Shown here: positions 37,255 through 48,216 of the stretch, piece after piece
Position numbering within the stretch: position 1 is the stretch's first letter
Layout: each line of letters opens with the position of its first letter
Assembly (NCBI GenBank): GCA_000708835.1
Contig: DF236998.1
Coordinates: 107,880 to 171,879 of the forward strand
From: Klebsormidium nitens
Lineage: Eukaryota > Plantae > Klebsormidiophyceae
Length of the DNA stretch: 64,000 nt
Direction of reading: 5' to 3'
The notes under the pieces: generated by a model
The model's input: the letters and a program-made list of their open reading frames with translations, nothing else
Told to the model about the DNA's origin: nothing
Databases searched by the model: none
Program-made: the position numbers and the translations under genes

Positions 37255-40200
37255 TCACTTTGCATCCTCCAAACCCTCTTCCACCGTCACCAGCGGTCGA
37301 TACCCGAGCTCGCGCCGAATCTTGGAGTCGTCAACGATGACGTCATGGCCCAGCAGCGCGAGCGCTTGCCTGCTCGCGAGCGGTTTCCGCGTGACGCCGT
37401 AACCCAAAAAGGGAAGACTTTCGAGCGCGGTTTCGAGCCCCCAGAGCAGCCAAAGCGGTACCGTACCGGTCGGTTTCTTGGCGCCCGGTTGGGAGCAGAC
37501 GTAGTCGGCGAGGAAGGCGTTGATGTCCCGGGCGGGGCCGTCGGTTGCGAAGTAGGCCTGGCCCCCTGGAGCGAATGGAAAGAAGAATTAGCACTTGGTT
37601 TTTTTCTCAGATCTTGGGGTGAGGTTCTGAGTCTCTTCGACAGACCATACTTGTGGGCAGGTTAGAAGGAAATATGTACGGACCCTATGAATGAGTGTTA
37701 CTTGGACTTAGTTAGGTGGCGAGACTAAGAGCAAGGACAAAGAAGGCGGGATATGGGGGGGAAGGAGGAGAGCAAGCAGACTCCTAAGAGCGCCGAATAT
37801 TGACGCTTGCTCAACTGCTACCATACGGAGAAGCACTTTCCTCATCCACATTAAGGACCAGTCGATCCGTCACCACACCCCTCGCACACATCAAAGCAAC
37901 GAGCATTGTTCGCAACCGCAGGTGCAATTGTGCGTAGTCAAAGAGAGCGGGGTCAAGGAGAATCAGTAATTTTCAGACCGGGACCGGGGACGCTGTTGGA
38001 AGGGCTGACGTGGCGAGGTTTAGGGTTTTGACTGGGTATTCTTGATCTATGATTGGCCGGAATGAGCGCATCCCAGGGTTTCGCCCTTAAACCCTGCCAC
38101 GTCACCACTTCCAACAGCGTCCCCGGTCCCGGTCTGAAAATTACTGATTCTCCTTGACCCCGCTCAAAGAGTCAACTTTTCAGTTCTCGTCTCATTAACC
38201 TCTTCCACCTAAACTCGCAACTCCCGGTCTTCAGCGCACGGGCAGCAACTCCGGCTGACCAGCCATCACTCACAACCATCAGAGGAAGTGAGAAAACAAC
38301 GAAAAGAAGCAACTTCAAGAAAACACTAATCACCTTTTCCTTTGGAAGCGGCGGCTAACCGCAGCGCGTGGCAGCAGTTGATGACGTGGCAGGTCGACGA
38401 CTTGGGGGGTGGGGTGAACCATTTGAAGCTGCCGCTGCCCATGGCTTCCGCGAGCATGGGCTTCAGGACGGTGTCGCCCCTACCCCAGATGAACCGGGGC
38501 CGGACGCTGATACCTGCGTTTATAAGCGGGCGACGCAATGATGTCATGCTTGCGTCATGGTCGAGAACGTACTTGTCGAGGGAGCCCTCTCCGGGAAATC
38601 CTGCATGATGTTTCTCAGGCCGTGAGTTTACGTATCCGTTCTTGTCAAAGTGGTGATGTTGCGATTGCACCACCTTGACACTTTAAAATACGATAACTTC
38701 AAATAAGGTGCCGCCCCTACCCCAGATGCACCTGGGCCGGACGCTGGTACCTGCATTTATAAGTGGGCGACGCGTTTATGTTCGTTTACGTCACAGTGCA
38801 GATTTCGCATGACGTCAAGGTGTCGCCCCCACCCCAGACGAAGCGGGGCCGGACGCTGATACCTGGATTCAAAAGCGGGAAGGCAGTGATGTGTTTCACG
38901 TCATGGTCCAAAATTCCCAAAGGCAGGTTTCGCATGACGTTAAGGTGTTGCCCCTAGATGAACCGGGTCCGGAAGCTGCTACCTGGGAAAATGAACCGGC
39001 GATGCATCAGTATTTGTTTGCGTCTTGCTCGGAAACTTCGGCGTGTAAGGTGTGCTTCACTTGACGGCTCCTCCTTCCATCTGAAGCGACAACTATATTC
39101 GTGGTTGGTCCAACCGACCGTCGAGACCTTTGCGCAGAGAAAGTCGCATCCGCAATTCGTAGTCGGAACGGTTTTTTTGTAAATGCCGTCGGGTTCATCG
39201 AATACAACACAATATGTGCCTAATGGGAGCTGAGTTGCGTGGACAGGAAAGGCTCACTTTCGAAGTGCGGTGGATCATGGGCCTCCAGAACGATCTTCTC
39301 TGCGGCGGCTTTGCTCCGCGAGTACGGAGCCCAGGGCGGGGGATCGACGGCAGCCGTTTCGTCCACGTGTCCAATCGGTCCTGCTGCCTGTGACAGCGGA
39401 ATAGCTTAGAGTCACTGGTAGGATCACTTTTGAGAAGAATCCTCGTCTCTAGTTGGAGCTTTTGGATTCGAACAGCCAAAGTGGCATCCCGTTTTGCTTC
39501 CCAGTCAACGACAGGCTAAGGTCTCAATCCTTCAACCTGATTTCAGAAGAAGTGGCAGATTGAGGAGGAGATCACAAGTGACGTTCAGGCCAACACCTAA
39601 CGGCCGACTTTTCTGCTGATGCAAACACGAAAAAGTAGATAAGATAATGAGACTACATGCCAGGGAACACGTTTGAGGCGTCGAGCATGTGGCTGCCAAC
39701 ATGGACAGTGACTCTGGGCGAAAGAAACTTCAACACTTTCCTCATCAAGACGGCGTGATCATGTGACAGCTAGTAAAGGAAGGGCTGCGAAACTGATACG
39801 ACGACCGTGTCAGGCTTTGGACAACCATGTGCAGTTGCAGTAGAGGCGCCATCTGACTCAGCTACCAACTTTCACCACAGAACGAACAGGAGAACAGTCC
39901 ATCGACAGCCCATCTAGACAGCCCATCTAGACAAGGACTAGCTTCTGACGGACTAAGAACGCCTACTTCTGAAAAGAAGGAAAGGACTAAAGGGAGAAGG
40001 GAGACGGAGTGAGGTGGAGGCTTCGTTTCTTCCTTCATGACAGTTGAGGTGAACATCAAGGGGAGAAGGACGGACTGGAACAACGGTTGAAGAAATGAAT
40101 TTGACTGTAAAAAAGAGACAAGAGTAAAGAAGGCAAGAGAAATAGAAAAGACAGTATGAAACTTGTTGAGTAGAGCACAGCGAGCTTGAGGAAGAATGGA

Positions 40201-41356
40201 GAAGGAACAAAATTCTTCAAGTGAAGAACACTCCACCACAATCGACTTTCAGTGCCTAGATGCACCAACTTGGCCCCTTTCCTGAGCGGAAAAGTTCCAA
40301 AACAACAAGATGGAACAAGAAGGGAGGAGAGCAAGGGGGAAGAGGAGGGAAGGGGAAGCCTTTTCCTAGAAATGGGACACACGAAGAGACAATCCCCAAA
40401 ATGAATGACATGAAAACAAGGAACTAAAAAGAGATAGAGCCGCGCACCTTCACGAGCACCGCCTCGGTGCCCACATGCACAAACTTGGGGACGCCCGCGG
40501 CTTTGGCGGCCTCCACGACGTTGCGCGTCCCGTCGACCGTGTCTCGTTGGAACAGCGAGTATGGTCCCCACATCTCAACCCGTGCCGCCGCATGAACAAC
40601 GACGTCGCAGCCTCTCATGCCTGGAGGGCAAATGAGCGCATCAAACTAGGCTAACTAATATTGATGTAACTTGACTACGCTATACTCAGCTTGACAAGTG
40701 TTGAACTCTATTACCCATCTGAGTACTGAGTTTATCTTGTTGACTTCTTTCTTAAATCCATGTCTTCCTCATAGCTGACGTACGGCCCCACATCCGTCTC
40801 CTCGTTTTAACCCCGCATCTCCTGGGGGCAAGACGCTTGCAAGATTTGACCAAGCAAGCAACACCTGTCAAGAGCAACAAATGGACAGACACGCCAGACT
40901 TGGAAATAAGTTTGTTGTACATGATCCTAGGGCTGACATGCCTCGCTTCCTCTCACCTCTGGTCAAGGGCTAAGTATAAATCTGACGTCAAAGCACCTTC
41001 ACACGTAGCAAGAAGACAACTTCTCTTTCCTACCTTGTTACTTTCTGACAAAGACAATGCTGTGATCCAAGCAACCACGTGCAGAGTGCCACATTGAAAA
41101 TGTAGAACAACCCACCTTCAATCAGGGCTTCTTTGCTACTCAGATCACCCCGCACGATCTCCACACGCCCCTGCGATGGCTTCGCGCCACCTGGCGGCCA
41201 GCCCTTGGTCGGAACTTCTTCGCCCGCCTTCTTGATCTTTTCATCAGAGGCTGGGCTTCGAGACAACGCCACCACTGAGTCGCCATGAATGTGGGTCAAG
41301 AATGAGGTCAACTGCGTCCCCACGAAACCGGAGGCCCCCGTGATGAAGACCTTCAT
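37255..41356 (-). CDS. Extended SDR, NAD-dependent epimerase/dehydratase of the 3-beta-HSD-like group. Exons 41356-41116, 40620-40448, 39387-39258, 38513-38334, 37565-37255
   Basis: MKVFITGASGFVG (GxxGxxG), VRGDL, GCDVVVHAAARVEMWG, VHVGTEAVL, PYSRSKAAAE (YxxxK), VRPRFIWGRGD, STCHVIN, AYFATDG, DSKIRRELGYRP. All introns GT-AG and in phase. Confidence 0.92.
37945..38165. mobile_element. 221-bp fold-back / MITE-like element in intron 4 of the SDR gene
   Basis: 37945-38002 is the exact reverse complement of 38108-38165 (58 bp). Imperfect pairing extends ~23 bp further inwards. AAAGA directly flanks both ends (37940-37944 and 38166-38170). Confidence 0.75.
38700..38990 (-). repeat. Three intronic copies of the SDR exon-4 acceptor plus the first ~45 nt of the exon
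   Basis: Copies with cag|gt... exon-like starts at 38750, 38862 and 38982 resemble the real cag|gtatcagcgtccggccccggttcatctggggtaggggcgacacc (starts at 38513). Flanking intron blocks are also repeated. Confidence 0.92.
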
Positions 41357-41872
41357 GGTGCAGGTGCGGGACACCTGTGCCTTGACCGGCCTGTGTTGAT
41401 TGGTGTGGGCTGCCCCTGGAGAAGTCGCTGGCAAAGTGGAATGCAAACTGGAATTGAATGCCAGTTTGAATGGAGCACAGAATGGAGCTGTGCAACAAAT
41501 GCTGCTCATCTGCTCAACATCATAGCTACGTAGCTGAGAGATCATCAATCTTGATTCTGTCTTCAAATGCTTTGAGTTGGGACTAGGAGTGCTGTACCGT
41601 CACGTGATCCCTCAGCAGCAGCTGCGGTGAGAACTCGCCCTCGATGCCGTGTAATGCCGACCCAGCCTCCGGTTCTCGGGCTTCCGGGGGTTGGGCAGAC
41701 ACAGACCGATTGACACGATGAATGGCTCGCTGCATGCGGAACCGGCAGCGGCCTCGTGCAGGTGAGGGCATTCACACCAAGATTGCCCTTCCTCAGCCAG
41801 GCTTCAATCTACTAGTACTCTGAGCAAAGAGCTGAAGTCGCACAACTGGTCGCCCATAGGTTGCAGCTCACA

Positions 41873-44800
41873 ATGGCAGCATCTTCTGTTCATACAGCCC
41901 TCACCAACCAATCAGTCCTGAAAGCAGGCGGTGCGTGCTTGCATCAGAAACACCAAGACCCCCGTTCCGCCGGGCCAGTCATAGGTTGCTCGACGTTGGC
42001 GGACCTGGGGCTGAGACGACAAGACAAACGAAAGGCAATCAGCTTACACAGTACTGGGTCAAAGTCTTTGACGTCTTACCCCGGAAAGAAGAGTGTGAGG
42101 CCTAGGAAACCTTTGATGCACAGCACCAGCAGGGGAGTGGCAAGGAAGGGCGTCACTGCATGCGCAGTCAAAGGCAAGTCTCTGCCAGCTCCGTCTGTAT
42201 CTCATCTATAGTAGGCGCGCACTGATGCGCAGATCTTACTTCTGGATTCTTTGAGCTGGCCACCTTTCTTACACTCAGATACATTGCAGCTGACGTTCTG
42301 TGAGTCTGAAAAGCTGGTGACCTATCTGATGCTGGTTTTCACCATGAGTCAGCTGAAATGCCCGTAAGTGCTGACTTTTGAGAGTCTTATGTGCGCCTTA
42401 GAAGTGCAAGTCTGATCAAGGGTCAGATCACACACAATACTGTTTACTCGGGCTTGAGTTTGACTTCCTAATACTTGGTGAAGAAACAGCTAAAGTCAGG
42501 TCTGCGCCCAACTTTTTGAAAGTTGCCACATCGTGCGCCCCTCTTTATATGCACCTGCGAGAGCTCATACCAGTGTACCGCACCCATACCCCCTCCCCAT
42601 CCAGAAAGGAGCCAAAGTTCTGACATTCTCACTCGCCCTGACTCCGACCAGATTATCCGAATGGCCGCAGACCCAGGGCGGTCTGTCTACCTGCTGATTG
42701 GTCACTTCAGATCAATCTGTCCACAATCACAGGTGTTTTTACAACCGGTTTCAGTATCTAACTTTTCTGCAGAGGCACCGTCCGACCTCCAACTTAGCAG
42801 AGCGTTTGATTCTATCGAACTCATTGGCTTAGACGGCAACAGGCGGCAAGTCACAGACCTGTGGAAGGACCGCAAAGTCGTGGTCGCATGGGCACGGCAT
42901 TTTGGGTTAGTGGGCCTAACCCTCTCTGCTGGACTTTCTAACACGAGAGGACGTAACTCTTCAGAACTCTCTTCGAGTTGGCCAGCTGACCCCTCCTCTT
43001 AGATTTGGGCTCAGTGAGCTTCACTTCTTTCGTATCGTCTTTTGAACGTCCACTTGGAAACTCGTTTAACGGGCTTACCTCTGCTTGGATTATGTGAATC
43101 TGTGAGCGTCTCCACCTGTAGATCCCCCACTTAAACCGGCTGGCTGTAATCACAGTCTTCTAGTTGTTGTGAGATGGCTGCAGCAACAGATTTGACTCTT
43201 TCAGCCTCAGAGTTTCCCTTGACACTGCCTTACGTGTACTCATTCAGCCATGTCTCTCTCAAAGGACCTGAGTATTCTCAAAAGCAATTGAAACTTGTGG
43301 GCTGTCTATGGAGGCACAATGTGGACACATCTCGACTTTGTTCGCAGGTGCGTGCTGTGTCGAAAATATGCGGCTCTACTGGCGGAGAGGAAGGTAAGTC
43401 CTGCAAAAAGTGCCGACCTTCTGTAACTCGACATTGCCGAAACCTGAGGCTTCAATCGTCGCAGATATATCAAGATCAGTGTGATTGTGGGACATTGGCA
43501 CTGTGCAGTCTTGATGCAAATTCTTAATCGGAAATGAGCACACGGATGCACGTTATGGCATGGTTGATAGGATCGATGCAGCTCGAATTCGCGTTTTAAA
43601 TTGGTCCTCATGACGTCAGAATCAGAACATCAGGCCGCTCCTTTCTACTCTGACGACGTCTCAAAGACCTTGAACCGTCTGCACTTCAACAAAAAGATAG
43701 CCCAATGGGACGGAGCTCCCAAGTTTGAGCGTCACGTCCGTCTGGGTCTACCTCTTTTTACGAAAGGCCCTCAGAATGTGCAGTACCGAAGTACACAATC
43801 TGCTTTAAAGTCGGAACCAATTTGGTGTCGCAGGCCGACTTTGACGCCGCCGGTGTTCCGCTTATTATCATCGGGCCCGGCACAGAAAAGCAGGCCAGCA
43901 CGTTCAAGGAGGAGACGGGGTTTCCGGGAGGTAAGGCGCTGGAAAATTGTCAAAAACCATTGGGCGACTCCTCAATTGACAGGAACCCATTCTGAATTCT
44001 CGTTCAATGCCTCCTGATAGCGTATTGCCTCTGCTGTTTTCTATACAAGTTGAGCAGGAGTTGCTTCCGCCCCCCGCACCTCGCATCTGCAGTTTCTTCC
44101 TCATTCTCAAACAAAATCGAAACTCCGGGTTTGTGCAGAGGTTTACGCGGACCCCACCCACGACTCCTTCCGGGCGCTCGGGTTTGCATCCGGGCTTGGG
44201 TCAACGCTAAATCCGCAGGCGGGTTTGAACGTGATCAATGCGCTCCGGGAGGGTTTTAAACAGAACTGGGCCATCTCCTTCGAGAAGGACACGGTGTTGA
44301 AAGGCGGATGGTGAGATTGACTTCTCTGAATTGTCCGCAGAATTGCTGGCAGTCTCGTCAACGGAACCTAATGACTGTCCTTCTGATCTGGTTTCTGGGC
44401 CCGGTTTATCAGAAGCGGCTTGGCTCGAACCCGCATCGAGCGGATGAACGATAGCCCCGTCTCTGCTTCTAAGAGTTCGCAGAAACGGTTGCTCTTTGAC
44501 CGTCTATCGTTTGCGCGCTGTTTGGGTACCTTGGAATCGAATGCCACAGATTGCAATTTTGTGTTCTCCTTGTTGTTCTGAGGCAATTTCGAAAACTTCT
44601 TGTGCAACTAGGACCACGTTCCGAGACGAGGTTCGTTCAGATTCGGTCCAGAAAATGTTCCGATGCTGCCAACATTCGGAGCAAACTGGCACCTTCTTGT
44701 GGACCAGGCTCATCTAATTTTCCGGAGTATTGCAGGCAGCAAGGGGGGACTCTAATCGTCGGGCCAGGCAGCGATAATGTTCACTATCTTCATAAGGTGG

Positions 44801-45272
44801 GGATTCGCAACTAGACCGGGTAGAATAACCGATGCAAGGTCTTGCGATACTGGCTGCTATGTGTGGATTCGCAACCAGACCGGGTAGAATAACCGATGCG
44901 AGAACTTGCATAATAGTCCTCAGCGCGGTCATCGATTTCTGCCGTGCTCTGCAACGGCTTGGCCTGGACTCTGATGTCTTTGTTGTTGGCAACGAAACTC
45001 GTCGATTCCAATTTCTTATTTTTGTAATGGTAATGCCCTGCTAACGCTGAAGGAAGTCGGTCTTAAGACGAACGTCTCGCGGACAGATCCCGCCCTTTAG
45101 AGGCTGCAGTAAAAAGTGTGGCTCTTTTGCAACAGCGCACACTTGCTGTCTTAACGAAAGGGAATGTTGTTGGGACAGAACTGCGTTCAACAGTCTTTCC
45201 ATTCATGTGTAGGATCAACGAGCGGGGGATCATCCGGAAGTGGAGGAGCTACTTCGGGTTTTTCGAGAGTGA
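41873..45272 (+). CDS. Peroxiredoxin-like 2 / AAED1 (AhpC-TSA_2) thioredoxin-fold protein with a putative plastid transit peptide. Exons 41873-42173, 42773-42905, 43348-43393, 43834-43930, 44139-44310, 44736-44796, 45213-45272
   Basis: VTDLWKDRKVVVAWARHFG|CVLCRK (CxxC)...FDAAGVPLIIIGPG...EVYADPTHDSFRALGF...GGWQQGGTLIVGPG...DQRAGDHP. The Ser/Arg/Lys-rich N-terminal extension is transit-peptide-like. All phases fit if intron 1 uses a GC donor. Confidence 0.92.
44797..44905 (+). repeat. ~42-bp direct repeat (64-bp period) starting exactly at a splice donor
   Basis: gtggggattcgcaactagaccgggtagaataaccgatgc (44797) versus gtgtggattcgcaaccagaccgggtagaataaccgatgc (44861). Confidence 0.85.
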
Positions 45273-46160
45273 CGTTACGGAATTGCCAGCTTTGTGTACA
45301 ATATACCCAAATAAAATATTGCCCACTGACTCGTGGAAGGAAACGAGACGGGTTTCGTGCTCGTTGTATGCACCCGTAATTTGCGTGCTTCCAAAGCTGA
45401 GGGTCCGGCGGTCGGATCGCATCAGCTTTTGGAACGAGGTTTGTCACCGAGATTTGAACTATAGTTTTGTTGGGCAACCGGAAAAATACATCTCGTGAAT
45501 CATACGAAAGTCGTTATGTCATCCAACTTCAATGGGACATAGCCGTTTCGGCCGGTTGATGAAGCAAGACGGTATGTCCAACAGACACATGATCGGCTCA
45601 AAGTCTGTGCAATCCAATGCCGCTCACAATTGGGATTGTGAAGTAGCTTCAACTCATACTGGCAATTACGTCATGTGTCATTTTGGGCCTGCCCTCGTGT
45701 ATCGTCAACTCACCAAACCCGGCTGGCGCCAGCCGCAAACGAAGTGCGATGAGGTTAGGGATTTTTGGTGACGCAATGATGCCAGTGTGCCTGTTTCACG
45801 AAGTCCATATAGCAGACATGCTGGAAAAATGCAAATCAATTCATTCTCATGTGACCCATGCACGTGTAATCTGGGGTGGTGATGCGCAAAACTTGGCAGT
45901 CCTTCAATATATCAGTCAGGATATCCCTATGAATCATGCATGGTATGTACCGTAGCATGCAGTGGGTTCAATGGTAGTCGTGTACCTAATATCAGTTCGC
46001 AGCATGGGCATTGCCGCTGCCGTCGATCGCACGCGCGGTTCGACCGTCTTTGCTTTTCAAGCGCGCGCACGGCAAATTTGCAGAAACCGACATGGCCCTA
46101 TCATTTTGCTGATCTTTTGAGCAGGTTCATATACCGTACTGCCATTGTGCTTTCGCATAG

Positions 46161-46370
46161 AAAATAATTATTTTGCCCCCCGTCGAAATATTCTGGAAAT
46201 TATTTTCACCTGGTGCGAAAAGTTGAAATGGTGAAAAAGGGACTTCTGGGGCAAAAACAGCCTCTTCTGGGGCAAAAACAGCCTGTTTAGCAAGTAAATT
46301 GGCAAAAACGAAATCAAAAATAAATGTTTTTGGTGGGTGCGAAAATGCAAAAACATTGAAAATAATTATT
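46161..46370. repeat. AT-rich island bounded by AAAATAATTATT, containing a tandem ttctggggcaaaaacagcct repeat
   Basis: 12-bp direct (and nearly palindromic) repeat at 46161-46172 and 46359-46370, with an internal ~22-bp tandem duplication near 46243-46286. Confidence 0.5.
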
Positions 46371-48216
46371 CGCGGCCTTGGGGTACGAAAGGCTTTGGCA
46401 GTACGGGTAGCACTTCTGTAGTGTACTGTGTACCTGTACTCCTTGTACTGTACCGGTACTTGCGGACGCTTGCTTCCATGTTGAGTGCATGACTCCTGAG
46501 TACGGGTACGTACTCATTGTAGGAAACGGATTCGCAGCATCATGCATACCTATGCATGTTCTAGCACAGGTCTACACCACTTAATAGTTGCTTGGAGTCC
46601 GGCTGAGTTGTCATTGTCAGAGGCGGACGCGTCCGAGCCGGAACCAAGAACTCTGAACGGATCCAACAGATCCCGATATGCGCTGGGGAAAGCAAATCTG
46701 TGTAGACAGTTGAACAGAAGCAACTTCTCCGACAGTTGTCAGAAACAGTTTGGGCACCAGATTGGCAGCACAGGGCCGACTCTAGCTCCATGAGCTCTGG
46801 GCAGCTTGACAATGCAGTCACTGTAGAGTCCAGCCTCCAAAGTGCCAAACTCGTCAAGACCTCATTGGCCTCTTTCAATCAAAGGGGCAGGCATTTCGAT
46901 CTGGTGCTCCGAATCCTACCCTGCATGGTACCTATAAGGTTCAAACACGTCCGGAAGTGGAGCCTTCAGACTTGCCCCAAAGACCCACTCAAGATCTGAT
47001 TGAGCTAGGTACCTGAAGGCTCTGCTTTTATACGGCTGTCTGAAGTAGCTGGCTGCCATTATATTACCAAACAAGATGACTTTTAAGTACAAACTGAGGT
47101 GCACATTGCCTACGTCAGCCCATCCAATAATGCGTCCCCTTCATGCACACTGAGCTGGTTTGAAGATCTCGAGAGCCTGCACTTTTGTCAGTGACAAAAT
47201 GCTGCTGCAACTCCTCTTCCAAACTTCAAAGATCTGTCTGGATATCATCCGTTACGAAGCGATTCCCTTCTCGTGCTGGCTCTTGAGTCTTGACGGGCAA
47301 TCCCAGCAGTAGGCCGTGACATCCGCTAAGCTTCCGTCCGTTTCCTGACCAGCTCCATATGCCGTATCTGATTCGATGGCGCCATTGACAATCCAAACCA
47401 GCACGTCAGGATCGCTTCTGACGAACTTATGCCGCGCCCCTTATGTCCGCGCGTGATGAACACAGCTCTGCATGGCGGGCATGTCAGAGCGTTGCATAGC
47501 GCAAGTTTGTGAGAGCAGCATCAGAGTCAAGGAGAAAAAGCGCAGACTACTGTAAGAGTTTTTTCCTAGTAGGTAGCTCTGGCTTCAAGTTTCCTCAGAA
47601 GTTGAGCAGAAGGAGCAGCACCCGTAAGCAAGGATAGAGGAGCAGCTTCTGACAGCTCTAGGTTTTTCGAGTTTCCATGTATTGAGCAAATGGAGAGTAC
47701 CTCCCTTTTCTGATATCAGCTTCATCTCCAAACAATAGCTCCAAGCTTACAAATTCACAACAGCTGGCTCAACTGCCCCAACGCCCTGCAAGCATAGGAG
47801 CCCCCACCAAATAGGACACACCGCTCCGCTTCCAAAGTGCAGTTCCACGACGTGAACACAAAACCTTGAAACCAAGGTCTTGCTGGGTGCTTTTTGGCCG
47901 CCCCTCCCCAGCTGACAAGTGTTCAATACGACGCACGTGGCATTTTTATTGAACCCTGCAGTGGGTCCATTCGAGGGTTTTCTGAGCAAAGTGCCGACCG
48001 CGGGCTTTCAAGGCGTACGGGGGTTTTTCAAGCAGACGCGGACGGGCAAAGCCATCCTGAAGCGGCTTGAGACAAAGCAATACAAAGCAGCGTCAAACCA
48101 ACTCTGTTAACTTCAGAGGACTTGCTCCTCTGTAAACCCAAATTAGGACTTCCTTCGATGATTTTGCGACGGGTCAGCCCCTTGACCCCTTCTCCTTAAC
48201 CCCCTCCTAACCCGCC

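Noticed and set aside
38017-38030. Telomere-like GGTTTAGGGTTTT inside the fold-back element
   Set aside because: Only about one unit; not an interstitial telomeric array.
39904-39933. 13-bp tandem gacagcccatcta x2 in an SDR intron, and a short direct repeat near 48640-48766
   Set aside because: Ordinary small intronic duplications not tied to a junction.
4943-41356. Idea of a sterol gene cluster (ORP plus 3-beta-HSD-like SDR)
   Set aside because: The genes are ~27 kb apart and separated by unrelated housekeeping genes, and the SDR substrate is unknown.
46540-48110. Scattered ORFs, including 47919-48110 just upstream of the zinc-finger gene
   Set aside because: Short, with no motifs and no phase-consistent model; may be UTR or pseudogene debris.
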